A stretch of 64,000 nt of DNA. It comes from a virus (Duplodnaviria; Caudoviricetes). This document shows, in pieces, positions 48,060 to 58,212 of this stretch (position 1 is its first letter; the number at the start of each line of letters is the position of its first letter). The notes beneath the pieces were generated by a model. The model was not told the origin of the DNA. It ran no database searches and saw only the letters and a list, made by a program, of their open reading frames with translations. The translations under genes and the position numbers were made by a program. The stretch lies in IMG/VR virus record IMGVR_UViG_3300037067_021792; one strand, given 5' to 3'.

Positions 48060-48488
48060 ATGAGAAATTATATAATTATTTCAGCTATTTTTAGTATGGT
48101 AGTAATGTTAGGATGCACAGCTCCTACTCAGCCCATTGCTGCAGATGCTCTCAGCCGCGGTGTGTCTGGGTTTAATAAGACGTTCGATGATATGGGACGC
48201 GTAGCAAAACAAGAAGTTCTTAATTCCACTGCTAACAAAGTCAATTCAGCAGTTGAAAAGCAAGACTCCAAATCGGCGGCAGCTGCATTACAGGAAGGAT
48301 TTAATAAACGCGATGATATTGAGTGGCTATATATACAAAAAGAGCGATCCATGGCGTTTATTCGCGTGGGACAAGAATTTGTTTGGTCCCAGAAGGGCAT
48401 ATTAAACATAATATGGGATGATTGGCAGAAGGCAAAAGAAAACGTTGAAGAGCCCACCAGTCAGCCATCTACCCAACCATCTAATTAA
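48060..48488 (+). CDS. putative lipoprotein
   Basis: Signal peptide MRNYIIISAIFSMVVMLG-C (lipobox). Confidence 0.7.
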   Translation: MRNYIIISAIFSMVVMLGCTAPTQPIAADALSRGVSGFNKTFDDMGRVAKQEVLNSTANKVNSAVEKQDSKSAAAALQEGFNKRDDIEWLYIQKERSMAFIRVGQEFVWSQKGILNIIWDDWQKAKENVEEPTSQPSTQPSN

Positions 48489-48502
48489 TTTCGGATAGAG
48501 GT

Positions 48503-48547
48503 CACAAAAGAATCTCGCGATTATTGATGTCGCGGGATTCTTTTGTG
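48503..48547. terminator. intrinsic (probably bidirectional) terminator
   Basis: CACAAAAGAATCTCGCGA-loop-TCGCGGGATTCTTTTGTG. Confidence 0.75.
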
Positions 48548-48559
48548 GTATAATGAATT

Positions 48560-48811
48560 ATGCCGTCTAAATCTTTGATTATTGAAGATGGGTACTTGAT
48601 TAATACCTGCAAATATAGACAGAGCGAATGCTGTAAGTACATTGTGGCCTTTCCGACGGGAGACGACGGGGCGGTAGAGTTTTTTTGTGTAAAAAATATT
48701 CCTGATCTAAGAAAAGTTATTGACAACCAATCCCAAATGAATGCCAAAGGGGACAATTGCGAAGGATTGATTTATGCGCCGCGGCAAAGCCCTGAGGGAA
48801 CATCGGAGTAA
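48560..48811 (+). CDS. small Cys-rich hypothetical protein
   Basis: ORF directly after TGgTATAAT. Confidence 0.65.
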   Translation: MPSKSLIIEDGYLINTCKYRQSECCKYIVAFPTGDDGAVEFFCVKNIPDLRKVIDNQSQMNAKGDNCEGLIYAPRQSPEGTSE

Positions 48812-50162
48812 ATTATTAGCTCGTCGCAAGGTTTTGTCTATTGCTGAAAGGCGCAGGATCTCGCAAGATAAGGCAGACAAGCGCAAACGATCTCATGTAG
48901 TTAATGCACCTTCCTATCATGGTTCGAACGTTCAATCTAATGATTCAATTGGACAATCGGATCGGCGAGTAATAAAAAATCGATCTCGACTAGAACAACA
49001 AAAAAGAAGAATAGCAAATAAGACTTCGAAATCTAGAATCTCGCAAGTTGCAATTCTGCCGTCATCATCTCCTTTAAAATTAGAATTCAAGCATTACAAT
49101 GACTATACTCCCAATAAACACATTAATATATGCCACGTCATAGAAAGTTTTGGCATGGGAGGTGCCCAAACCATGATGATGGAGTTGTTCAACGGACTAA
49201 ACAAATATTTTGGGGAATTTACAACTAATCATTTGGTAGGTATTACCAGAAATGGGAAAATTGCTCTTGCAAAAACCCTTGTCAATTCATATGGGTGCAA
49301 AGCAAACATGGTGGAGTCTCAAAATTTTCATCAATATTTAACCGAAAATTGTGTGGATGTGGTTCTTCATCATAGAATTGCGGTTTCGTCCTGTTTAAAA
49401 AAATATATTCCAGAGAAATGTAAATATGTTTTATTGAATCATACATGGAATAGTATGAATAGGGTTAGGGGGTTTACTCAATGTGACGCATATGTTTCTG
49501 TATGCAAATTTTTACACGATAGAACGATTTGGTTGGATGCCATCCATCCGACTAGAAGAATAATCATTTTGAATGGAATCGAAAATGATTATATTAGTAG
49601 TATAGAACCATTTGGGTTGTCGGGCGAATTTAAAACTGGCAGGTGCCACAGATTAGTTTCTGGGAAATTCAGGATAGATTCTCTTTCATGGATGGACAAA
49701 AAAATACACAAAATAGTTCCAGGATTTTCACACCATTTGTTGGGTTCAAACAAAGAAGCCAGACTAATGTCGCCTAAATATAAATCGTGGCTTACTTATC
49801 ACGGTCCTATAGAAGATCGGAATATGAAAATGTCAATTATTAAAGACCTAGATATTTATTTTTATGAAACCTTTAGTGACGAAGGAGCTAGCGTGGCGAT
49901 ACTTGAGTCCCTTGCTGCTGGTGTCCCTGTTCTTTGTAAGAAGTACGGCGGCTGCTCAGAACTCGTCGTGGAGGGAGAAAATGGATTTTTATGCAGAGAT
50001 AGGGACATATTTTGTCTTAGAATATCTCAGTTGGCGAAAAATTCAAAATATTTGGAGGAAATACGTGAAAAAACAGCAAAAGATTTTGATGCCCGACTGC
50101 ATGTTAGGCATACTGCCTGCAAATATGCACAATTATTTGAGTCCGTCGTAGATGCTAAATAA
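48774..50162 (+). CDS. glycosyltransferase family 4 with basic N-terminal extension
   Basis: GGAQ, NGI, EG....ILESLAAGVPV, ELV..GENG. Confidence 0.85.
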   Translation: MRRGKALREHRSKLLARRKVLSIAERRRISQDKADKRKRSHVVNAPSYHGSNVQSNDSIGQSDRRVIKNRSRLEQQKRRIANKTSKSRISQVAILPSSSPLKLEFKHYNDYTPNKHINICHVIESFGMGGAQTMMMELFNGLNKYFGEFTTNHLVGITRNGKIALAKTLVNSYGCKANMVESQNFHQYLTENCVDVVLHHRIAVSSCLKKYIPEKCKYVLLNHTWNSMNRVRGFTQCDAYVSVCKFLHDRTIWLDAIHPTRRIIILNGIENDYISSIEPFGLSGEFKTGRCHRLVSGKFRIDSLSWMDKKIHKIVPGFSHHLLGSNKEARLMSPKYKSWLTYHGPIEDRNMKMSIIKDLDIYFYETFSDEGASVAILESLAAGVPVLCKKYGGCSELVVEGENGFLCRDRDIFCLRISQLAKNSKYLEEIREKTAKDFDARLHVRHTACKYAQLFESVVDAK

Positions 50163-50907
50163 GAATCCTAAATTTTCTATAATAACTGCTTGCTATAATA
50201 GTCATAAATATCTTCGAGATTGCGTGCGCAGTGTGATGTCTCAAAAATATTCTAATATAGAATGGATTATTGTGGATGATTGTAGTTCTGATGGTTCGGG
50301 TGATATTTTGAGAAAGTTTAACGATGATAGAATAAAGGTTCTTTTCAATAGTAGTCGCATGTTCTGCTCGTCTGCATATGCAAAAGCTCTAGAACATGCA
50401 TCTGGCGAAATATGCGGTGTTTTGGACGCAGATGATGCGATAGATAATAATGCTGTGGAAATTATTGTTCAGAAGTATATTGAGCATCCAGAGGTAGATT
50501 TTATTTATACTCAACATTATTGGTGCGATATTAAACTAAGACCAATACGTGGTGGAATCTCCTCTTTGCCGACTAAGGGACATTCTTTGGTTAGTGCCGC
50601 TATAGGGTCTAAAAAACATTGCTTTTCGCATTGGCGAACTTTTAGAAAATCAATTGCAAGTGCATCGGAGATTTTTCCGGAAGGATTAAAATATGCAGTT
50701 GATAAGAATATGGGGTTTGTTCTAGAGGAATTGGGACAAGGAGCTTTTTTGAACAAAAAACTATATTTATACAGGTATTATAATGGCAATATGTCCCTGC
50801 TAAATGCAAAGGACCAAAAATCAACGTGGTTAAAAATTGCCCACGAAATGAACAATAAAAGGAATAAAAACGGAGTTAGAGTAAGAAATATTCAGAGAAT
50901 ATCATGA
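50152..50907 (+). CDS. glycosyltransferase family 2
   Basis: SIITACYN, IVDDCSSD, LDADD. Confidence 0.9.
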   Translation: MLNKNPKFSIITACYNSHKYLRDCVRSVMSQKYSNIEWIIVDDCSSDGSGDILRKFNDDRIKVLFNSSRMFCSSAYAKALEHASGEICGVLDADDAIDNNAVEIIVQKYIEHPEVDFIYTQHYWCDIKLRPIRGGISSLPTKGHSLVSAAIGSKKHCFSHWRTFRKSIASASEIFPEGLKYAVDKNMGFVLEELGQGAFLNKKLYLYRYYNGNMSLLNAKDQKSTWLKIAHEMNNKRNKNGVRVRNIQRIS

Positions 50908-51707
50908 TAGAATTTCATAAATACAGGACCAGAATTATTGATAAATATAATAACAAAGATAGTAAAGCATTTGTAATTTTGACTGCCTGTCATAACAAAT
51001 TTAAATATATAAAAGATTGCCTGAACTCTGTTATTTCTCAAGATTATAGGCCCATCTGCCTGACATGGGTGGATGACTCATCGACAGATAATAGCCTTCA
51101 ATATATTATTAATTGCAGATCATTACTTAGGGACAATGATATTGGATTTACCATTATATCAAATGTGTCTAAATCGGGTTGTTCAACGGCTTACCGTATT
51201 GCAGCGTCGCAGTCAATTGGGAGGTATTTCGGGGTTTTAGATGCAGATGATATGCTGATGCAACACTCGTGCTCTTTTGTTTCTAGTATTTATGAAAAAA
51301 ATAAAGACTTAACGTACTTATGGACTCAATTTCAAATATGTAATAGTGATATGGTATACAAAAAAAGTGGAATATCCCAGCCTCCCGATCCTGGCGAATC
51401 TATGTTGAGCATGGGAAAAGTTCATACTTTTTCTCATTGGAGAACATTCTCCAACAAGATAGACAAAGACACAGTATTTTGCTCAGGGCTAAAACGCGCG
51501 GTTGACAAGTATATGGGATATAAGCTTGAAGAAATGGGGCCGGGGGCGTTTGTTAATAAGGAATGCTATAAATATAGAGAAGGAGTGCGCAGCAGTGTGA
51601 CTAATAAAAATTCTAAACCAACATGGGAAATGGTAATCCGCGGGGCTAAGAAGCGAAGAATGATACATCATATAAATCCTTTTCCAATTAGGTCGATTAA
51701 TGTCTAA
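50904..51707 (+). CDS. glycosyltransferase family 2
   Basis: VDDSSTD, LDADD, SHWRTF shared with neighbours. Confidence 0.88.
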   Translation: MIEFHKYRTRIIDKYNNKDSKAFVILTACHNKFKYIKDCLNSVISQDYRPICLTWVDDSSTDNSLQYIINCRSLLRDNDIGFTIISNVSKSGCSTAYRIAASQSIGRYFGVLDADDMLMQHSCSFVSSIYEKNKDLTYLWTQFQICNSDMVYKKSGISQPPDPGESMLSMGKVHTFSHWRTFSNKIDKDTVFCSGLKRAVDKYMGYKLEEMGPGAFVNKECYKYREGVRSSVTNKNSKPTWEMVIRGAKKRRMIHHINPFPIRSINV

Positions 51708-52494
51708 GAACAAATATATTAAAACCTTTTCTCTACTGACGTCTTGTCGTAATGGTGAAGAATATTTAGATTGTTGGTTTGATTCCATATTAAATCAGGG
51801 GTATAGGCCATTAGAAGTCGTTTTTGTAGATGACAGTTCTAGTGATAAGTCGGTTGATAAATTATGTTCTTTAAATGCAAAATTTCGCGATGCTGGCATC
51901 AACCTCCTAATATTGCGTCACAGGAAATTACTCAAATATGGTAGTGGGTTATTGACGGCAGCACAACATGCTACGGGGTATTTTATGGGAGTGCTAGATG
52001 TTGACGATGCTCTTACCCCCAAATCAGTGGAGCATGTTATGCGACTTTATCGTAAGTATGCCGACATTGGATACATATATACTCAATTTGAAATATGCGA
52101 TCAGGATATGAAAACTATTAGAATTGGTTTTAGTAGAGAGCCAAGAAAAAAAGAGACTATTCTATCAGAGGGTATTAAGTTTAATGAACATATTTACTCT
52201 CATTTTCGGACTTTTTCGAAGCGAATTCCGAACTATCTGGACATTTTTCCTAGAAAAGCTCGATATGCCATAGACCAATTTATGGGATTGTCATTAGAAG
52301 AAAAAGCAAAAGGGATATTTACCGACAGAGTGTGCTATAGATATAGAACGGGTCACTCTAATAGTATATCATCTAAATACGGAGGTCAACGAAGAGAATT
52401 TTGGCATAAATTGATGGGGCAATTTGCAGAGAATAGGGAAAGGAATAATATATCTGCATATAAAATTATACGGGTGGCGAATAAGGGAAAATGA
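51700..52494 (+). CDS. glycosyltransferase family 2
   Basis: VDDSSSD, LDVDD, SHFRTF. Confidence 0.88.
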   Translation: MSKNKYIKTFSLLTSCRNGEEYLDCWFDSILNQGYRPLEVVFVDDSSSDKSVDKLCSLNAKFRDAGINLLILRHRKLLKYGSGLLTAAQHATGYFMGVLDVDDALTPKSVEHVMRLYRKYADIGYIYTQFEICDQDMKTIRIGFSREPRKKETILSEGIKFNEHIYSHFRTFSKRIPNYLDIFPRKARYAIDQFMGLSLEEKAKGIFTDRVCYRYRTGHSNSISSKYGGQRREFWHKLMGQFAENRERNNISAYKIIRVANKGK

Positions 52495-53198
52495 TGGAAG
52501 TTAGTGTTATAACAACTCTATTTAATTATAAAAAATATATTGGAGAGGCAATTATCTCTTTTTTGGGACAAAATTTTTTGGACTCAGAAATGATAATTGT
52601 GGATGACGGCTCAAGAGATAACCCGTATTCTGTCATTAAAAAATTCGATAATAAAAGAATTAAATATATAAGACTTAAAAAGAATAGGGGATATTCTCAC
52701 GCAAAAAATGTTGGAATTATGTCCGCAAAATCTGAAATACTTGTCATGCTAGATGCAGATGATATGTTAACTACTAACAGTATATCTTGTAGATACAATA
52801 AAATACAGAAAGGGTACGATTTCGTGCATGGCCCAGCCATAGATTTAATTGATGGCAAAACGTCTAAATCCAGATTGTGGGAGAAATGGCTAAAAAAGCC
52901 TACATATAAACATGTTCACGCACAGGGTGTGATGCTTCGTAAAGACATACATAGAAAAATAGGATTATATGATGAGAAGTTACGATGCAAAAGTGACCGA
53001 GAAATGTGGGCCCGAATATTTAACTATGGTTTTAATATTGGCACTGTATCGGAATTTGTATCTTATTACAGAATACACAAAAACCAAATGAGCAGGTCGT
53101 CTCAGAAGTTATCTGAAAACAAAAAATTACAAAAAACTGTTTTAAGTCTAATTGAAAAGAGAAAAACAGACTTGTCTGGTGTTCGGATGTTGGATTAA
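52491..53198 (+). CDS. glycosyltransferase family 2
   Basis: VSVI...FN, VDDGS.D, LDADD, YDE. Confidence 0.9.
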   Translation: MMEVSVITTLFNYKKYIGEAIISFLGQNFLDSEMIIVDDGSRDNPYSVIKKFDNKRIKYIRLKKNRGYSHAKNVGIMSAKSEILVMLDADDMLTTNSISCRYNKIQKGYDFVHGPAIDLIDGKTSKSRLWEKWLKKPTYKHVHAQGVMLRKDIHRKIGLYDEKLRCKSDREMWARIFNYGFNIGTVSEFVSYYRIHKNQMSRSSQKLSENKKLQKTVLSLIEKRKTDLSGVRMLD

Positions 53199-54112
53199 TG
53201 GTACTATATATTAATACAAATGGTTTTTCTGGTGGGCCAAAAGTTTTTAGAAAAAGACTAATTAATGGCTTTAATAAGTATAGTGATGTGCTGCTGGTTT
53301 CTGATCCTAAAAAATATTTTGACGCAGAAATTTGTTTTGTAAATATTAAAAACAAGTCTCACAAAAAGCCGTGCATACTTAGATTGGACGGATGTTATTA
53401 TGATAAAAAAAGAATAAAAATGAATAAATCTTTAAAAAAATCCATCCTTCTAAGCTCTGGAATAATATTTCAATCTAATTTTTCCAAGAAAATGTGTAAT
53501 AAATTTATTTCAACAAATATCAAAAAATCATGTGTAATTTATAATGGAATAGATTTTGATGAGATAAATGAAATTACTCCTAGCACAAATGTTGTTCCTG
53601 GCTCATTTGTGGCATGTGCCGGGTGGAGGAGTAATAAAAGACCCAATTCGATCGTGAGAGGGTTTTTGGCGGCGGGCATTTCAGAGCATTTATATATGAT
53701 TGGCGATGGCATCAAAAATCCGATTAAACATCCGAATATTCACTATCTCGGTAATTTGTCGTGGCGAAAAATTATTTCAATAATGAAATCTTGCAGCTAC
53801 CAAATTCATTTATGCCATATTGATTCATGTCCCAATGCAGTCGTAGAAGGACTGGCGTGCGGACTTAATATTTTATGCTCTAATCTTGGGGGTACTCCAG
53901 AAATTGTTAGATCAAACGGTGTTATTATGGATATTGATCGTTGGGATTTCCGACCAGTTGATAATATGAAGTTTGATAATTTAAAAGATGATGTAGTCGC
54001 CGATGGTATTAGTAGACTCAAAACAATTACCGTAAGAGCAGATAGACCAGATTTACACATCAAAAACATAGTTAAACAATATTTAGATGCAATATTAGAG
54101 ACTATTAAGTGA
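53198..54112 (+). CDS. glycosyltransferase family 4
   Basis: IYNG, DSCPNAVVEGLACG, GGTPE. Confidence 0.85.
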   Translation: MVLYINTNGFSGGPKVFRKRLINGFNKYSDVLLVSDPKKYFDAEICFVNIKNKSHKKPCILRLDGCYYDKKRIKMNKSLKKSILLSSGIIFQSNFSKKMCNKFISTNIKKSCVIYNGIDFDEINEITPSTNVVPGSFVACAGWRSNKRPNSIVRGFLAAGISEHLYMIGDGIKNPIKHPNIHYLGNLSWRKIISIMKSCSYQIHLCHIDSCPNAVVEGLACGLNILCSNLGGTPEIVRSNGVIMDIDRWDFRPVDNMKFDNLKDDVVADGISRLKTITVRADRPDLHIKNIVKQYLDAILETIK

Positions 54113-54930
54113 AAAAAACCGTACTAATTCAGTGCCCAAGAAAGTTTTGCACAGTAATACCCATATTTTGTAAAGAATGCCTTAAGCATGGCATATTTGA
54201 TAAAATTTACTGTGTCACCGATGGATCTATTTCGGTGAATGACAAAAGATGCCAAATAATAACACACGCAGATAAACAATTTTCTGCAAATCTGTTATTT
54301 GCTTTGGATTATATTGAAGAAGATGTTTTCCTGTTATGCTGCGAAGACCATATTATGATAGAACGACATAATAAAGAAGAGTTTGAACAAACCTGGAAAT
54401 TTATGATGGACAATCCTAATGTTGGGTCATTAAGACTGACCCATAACAGGAATGTAAAATTTTCTGGTAAATCTGATATCAACGTCAATTTCTCCAGCGT
54501 TGACAGTGGGCTTATTAAGGAACTTAGCAACAAATATTCCTATCTCTGGAGTGCGCAGCCGTCGTGGACCCAAAAAAAATATTTGTCAAGAATTCTGAAA
54601 GAAGGGGAAAACGCCTGGCAAGCGGAGGTCTATGGGTCAAAAAGAGCAAGAAAAGGACAATTTAAAAAATATTGTGTCACTAGAGATATCTATCACGCAA
54701 CCAACTTTTATAAGAAGGGCCAATACGTTAGGAGCCATTTTGTGGATTATTCTATAAAAAATAAACTAGGAATCAAGTTTACCCTTCCCGTTTTTGTGAA
54801 ACAGTTAGTGCCCATCGATGGTGTAGATACTATGATAAAAAGCATTGTTCCAGTGAGTGAGTATATACACGCAAAAAGAAAAGGTACTCTAAATACCATT
54901 TTATGGCAATACAGAATTGTTAAAAGATGA
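54109..54930 (+). CDS. putative glycosyltransferase (GT-A-like)
   Basis: LL..ED motif, QPS.....L, GE.AW.AE; cluster context. Confidence 0.55.
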   Translation: MKKTVLIQCPRKFCTVIPIFCKECLKHGIFDKIYCVTDGSISVNDKRCQIITHADKQFSANLLFALDYIEEDVFLLCCEDHIMIERHNKEEFEQTWKFMMDNPNVGSLRLTHNRNVKFSGKSDINVNFSSVDSGLIKELSNKYSYLWSAQPSWTQKKYLSRILKEGENAWQAEVYGSKRARKGQFKKYCVTRDIYHATNFYKKGQYVRSHFVDYSIKNKLGIKFTLPVFVKQLVPIDGVDTMIKSIVPVSEYIHAKRKGTLNTILWQYRIVKR

Positions 54931-55847
54931 GAATTGGATTTAGTGAAAATCTTGATAAACTGGATGGTTCCGGGAAGCATAAGTTTTTATATAGACTCAA
55001 AACCGAATTTGAGAGAATGGGCGTTTCGGTTGTAAACAAAAATCCCCACATATATTTACTTTTGCCTGGGCATAGCATAAAAAAGGGGGCCAAAAACATA
55101 TTAAGATTGAATGGAATTATTATTGATAACAAAGTAGACCGGTCCAAAAATAAATCAATATTAAAATTAGCGCATAAATCAGATGGAGTGGTATACCAGA
55201 ATAAATTTTGCATGCAGGCATACGAACGATTTTTGGGTTTAAATCATAGAAATTCTGCATGCATATCTAACGGAGCTTCTCCTGAAGAGTTTTTGCCAAG
55301 ATCCCCTCAAAAAATATTTTTAGCAAGCTGCCGATGGAGGCCACATAAAAGATTGGATGATATCATTTCTGGTTATCTGAAATCAAAGAAATTCGGTCTA
55401 CAATCGAACTTAATTGTTGCCGGTAAATTAGATGGTATTAAACATAAAATAAATAAAAATCCTGGGATTAAATATGTGGGATGGCAAAATTCAGCACAAC
55501 TAAATGTTTTGTTGTCACAATCTCTGGCTTCACTACACTTGTCTTGGATTGATTGGTGCCCAAACTCGATGGTAGAATCAATAGTAGCTGGATGTCCGGT
55601 TATATATTCTGACAGTGGTGGGCATTCATATATTGCAGATAAATGTGGCATACCGATTCGTGATCAGCAATGGAATTTCAAACCATGTGATTATTACAAT
55701 CCGCCGAGGCTGGATGTTACAGAGATTGCTAATGCGATGATAGAAATGGAAAATAAACCTATTAGTATTGTTAATGGCAATCTATATATAAGCTTTGTAG
55801 CAAAAGAATATTTATCATTTTTTCTCAAGGTGCTCGATGAAAGTTAG
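54927..55847 (+). CDS. glycosyltransferase family 4 (paralog of 53198..54112)
   Basis: LRL.G, WR..KR, D.CPNS.VE..AG.P. Confidence 0.85.
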   Translation: MRIGFSENLDKLDGSGKHKFLYRLKTEFERMGVSVVNKNPHIYLLLPGHSIKKGAKNILRLNGIIIDNKVDRSKNKSILKLAHKSDGVVYQNKFCMQAYERFLGLNHRNSACISNGASPEEFLPRSPQKIFLASCRWRPHKRLDDIISGYLKSKKFGLQSNLIVAGKLDGIKHKINKNPGIKYVGWQNSAQLNVLLSQSLASLHLSWIDWCPNSMVESIVAGCPVIYSDSGGHSYIADKCGIPIRDQQWNFKPCDYYNPPRLDVTEIANAMIEMENKPISIVNGNLYISFVAKEYLSFFLKVLDES

Positions 55848-56820
55848 TTCAAAACAATACCTACCCCTCATTGCCTTAAATGGCGACAATAAGATTGTTA
55901 AAATAAATAATCACATTCTTCGTAAACCGATGGATGTCAATAGCCAACGGAATGCTCTCAATGAGAACTCTGCGCTGATTACATGCAATTATATATTCAA
56001 TGAGAAAGTTTTTGAATGGTCATCTCATATTAAGGCAATTTGTCACCCGTATAAGAAACCAGACAAGTTTCCGGACCATATTCCTAAATATCTTCTGTCA
56101 GAATCTGACTTCTGTGATAAATATACCACTCCGACAAATTGCGGTTCAGCCAAAAAAAGATGGGATTTTGCTTATTTTACGATTAATTCTATGCAAGGGA
56201 TAAATTGTAAGGGATTATATATGCTGCCCAGTATAGAAAAATCAGCCACAATGGCTGGTTTAAAAGGAGTAGTCATTAATTATGGCCCGGAAATTAAACA
56301 AGGAGATATCGAAGAAGAATATTTGCGTAGAACAAGAAAGTATATAAGAGACAGCAAATTGCATATCAAAAATAAAATTTTGAATCAGAAGCAAATATGT
56401 CAATTGGTATCGTCGGTTAAATTTGTAATAGTTCCTAGCACCAGAGATTCTAGTCCAAGAATAATTCCAGAAATGTTGGTGCGCAATGTTCCCATTCTGT
56501 TAAATAAGCACATTTACGGTGGGTGGAAATATTTAAATGCTGATACTGGATTATTTTTTTCTGGAATTAGTGTAGAGGATTATTATAAAAATAGCAATAG
56601 GGATGATATAGAGCTATTTGAATTTGATTTGTCGGAGAAAATGAAAATAATGATGAATTCCGAATTCAGAAATGTGAGTGCATCATATTATACACAGTTT
56701 GGTTTTTCAAAAACCGCACAAAGATTAGCAGATATTTTTAACAAAATGCAAACAAGTGATTATAAGATGGTTTGTTACGCTGAATGGAGAAACATCCTAG
56801 AAAGGTTCAAAAATGCGTAA
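55837..56820 (+). CDS. putative GT-B glycosyltransferase
   Basis: PS.RDSSPRIIPEML..NVP. Confidence 0.6.
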   Translation: MKVSSKQYLPLIALNGDNKIVKINNHILRKPMDVNSQRNALNENSALITCNYIFNEKVFEWSSHIKAICHPYKKPDKFPDHIPKYLLSESDFCDKYTTPTNCGSAKKRWDFAYFTINSMQGINCKGLYMLPSIEKSATMAGLKGVVINYGPEIKQGDIEEEYLRRTRKYIRDSKLHIKNKILNQKQICQLVSSVKFVIVPSTRDSSPRIIPEMLVRNVPILLNKHIYGGWKYLNADTGLFFSGISVEDYYKNSNRDDIELFEFDLSEKMKIMMNSEFRNVSASYYTQFGFSKTAQRLADIFNKMQTSDYKMVCYAEWRNILERFKNA

Positions 56821-57241
56821 GTGGCTACCACATTTTGCGGAGTTGGTGGATAGGCTGTCTATACATCAGCTGAAAGAAATTTTTATATCAGAACATAAAG
56901 AAAAATATCGTTCAGAGATGGATGATATTCTTCACGACATGGGAAAAATAATTGAGGAAAAAGACATTAAAATTACTCCTCGCCTTATACATTGTATTGT
57001 TGCGCTATCTCAAATGAATGCTCACATTTGGTATAACGAATCAGCTGCCAGAAAAGGGGAAGACCAATCTCTTGAGAAATTGCGGTTATCGCATAGCTTA
57101 AACGGAGTTCGAAACAATTTGATGAATATCATATTGAATTTGATTAATGATAAAAATAGGTCGGATTATAAAATAGACTGTCTGGCATCCGAGTTTAAAG
57201 ATCAGTGGCAGATAGGGATAATTGAGGACGCCAATAAATGA
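56813..57241 (+). CDS. small helical protein (DUF6165-like)
   Basis: ELVDRLSI..LK, N..IW..E, N..R motifs. Confidence 0.55.
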   Translation: MRKWLPHFAELVDRLSIHQLKEIFISEHKEKYRSEMDDILHDMGKIIEEKDIKITPRLIHCIVALSQMNAHIWYNESAARKGEDQSLEKLRLSHSLNGVRNNLMNIILNLINDKNRSDYKIDCLASEFKDQWQIGIIEDANK

Positions 57242-58212
57242 TAGATTTTAATAACATACCAAATGCTAAGATATTAGTAATTGGGGATATTATACTAGAT
57301 CATTATAAAGTTGGGAAAGTGGAAAGATTATCGCCGGAAGCTCCCGTGCCATTGGTGAACATTGACAATGAATTGTGGAGAACGGGTGGTGCGGCAAATG
57401 TTGCCTGTAATATTAAATCGATTGGTTGTAATGTAGATTTGGCTGGTATTATTGGCAATGATTCTAATGGTAAAATAGTTAAAAAATTACTTTCAGACTG
57501 CCAAATCAAAACGAGTGAAATAGTAGAATCAAGTAACATAAAGACCACTGTTAAAACCAGAGTTATAGGCAGCGACCAACACATAGTCCGTTATGATAAA
57601 GAAGATGTGTTAAGTGATATTCACCCAGATAAACATCTAATGTTTGGCCTGATTCGTGATATTATTAATAAGCACGAGTATGATATGGTTGTTATATCTG
57701 ATTATGGGAAGGGAATTATTTCTAATAGTACTATGGAATTTTTGAGAACTGTGCTGGATGCAAGAAAGATTATTGCCGATGTGAAGCCTAAAAATAAGGA
57801 TTTATACAAGGGAATATTTTGTATAACACCTAATCGTATAGAATCTTATCAAATGGTCCATGTAGATGATTCGGTAGATATGATTGCGAAGCGACTTAAA
57901 GAATATCTAGATTTAAAATGTATAATTATCACGCTATCTACCGAGGGAGCCTTGTTGGTTGATGAGGATGACAATGTTCATTTTATTAGTCCACATTTTT
58001 ATCAGCCATCGGTTGAAAGACATTACAGAATCGATGTAACTGGAGCAGGTGACACATTGTTAAGTGTCTTTTCGGCAGGAGTAGCTGCTGGCAACTCCTT
58101 AATAGACTCACTTAGATTGGCAAATATTGCTGCAAGCATAATTGTGACGAAACTTGGACCTGCCTCTTGCACGCTAGAAGAGCTTAAAATTGAAAGTGGG
58201 AAAACCCAGTGA
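57238..58212 (+). CDS. hldA: HldE/RfaE domain I heptose-7-phosphate kinase (PfkB family)
   Basis: GDIILD, RLSPEAPVP, GGAANVA, SDYGKG, TPN..E, DVTGAGDT. Confidence 0.88.
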   Translation: MIDFNNIPNAKILVIGDIILDHYKVGKVERLSPEAPVPLVNIDNELWRTGGAANVACNIKSIGCNVDLAGIIGNDSNGKIVKKLLSDCQIKTSEIVESSNIKTTVKTRVIGSDQHIVRYDKEDVLSDIHPDKHLMFGLIRDIINKHEYDMVVISDYGKGIISNSTMEFLRTVLDARKIIADVKPKNKDLYKGIFCITPNRIESYQMVHVDDSVDMIAKRLKEYLDLKCIIITLSTEGALLVDEDDNVHFISPHFYQPSVERHYRIDVTGAGDTLLSVFSAGVAAGNSLIDSLRLANIAASIIVTKLGPASCTLEELKIESGKTQ

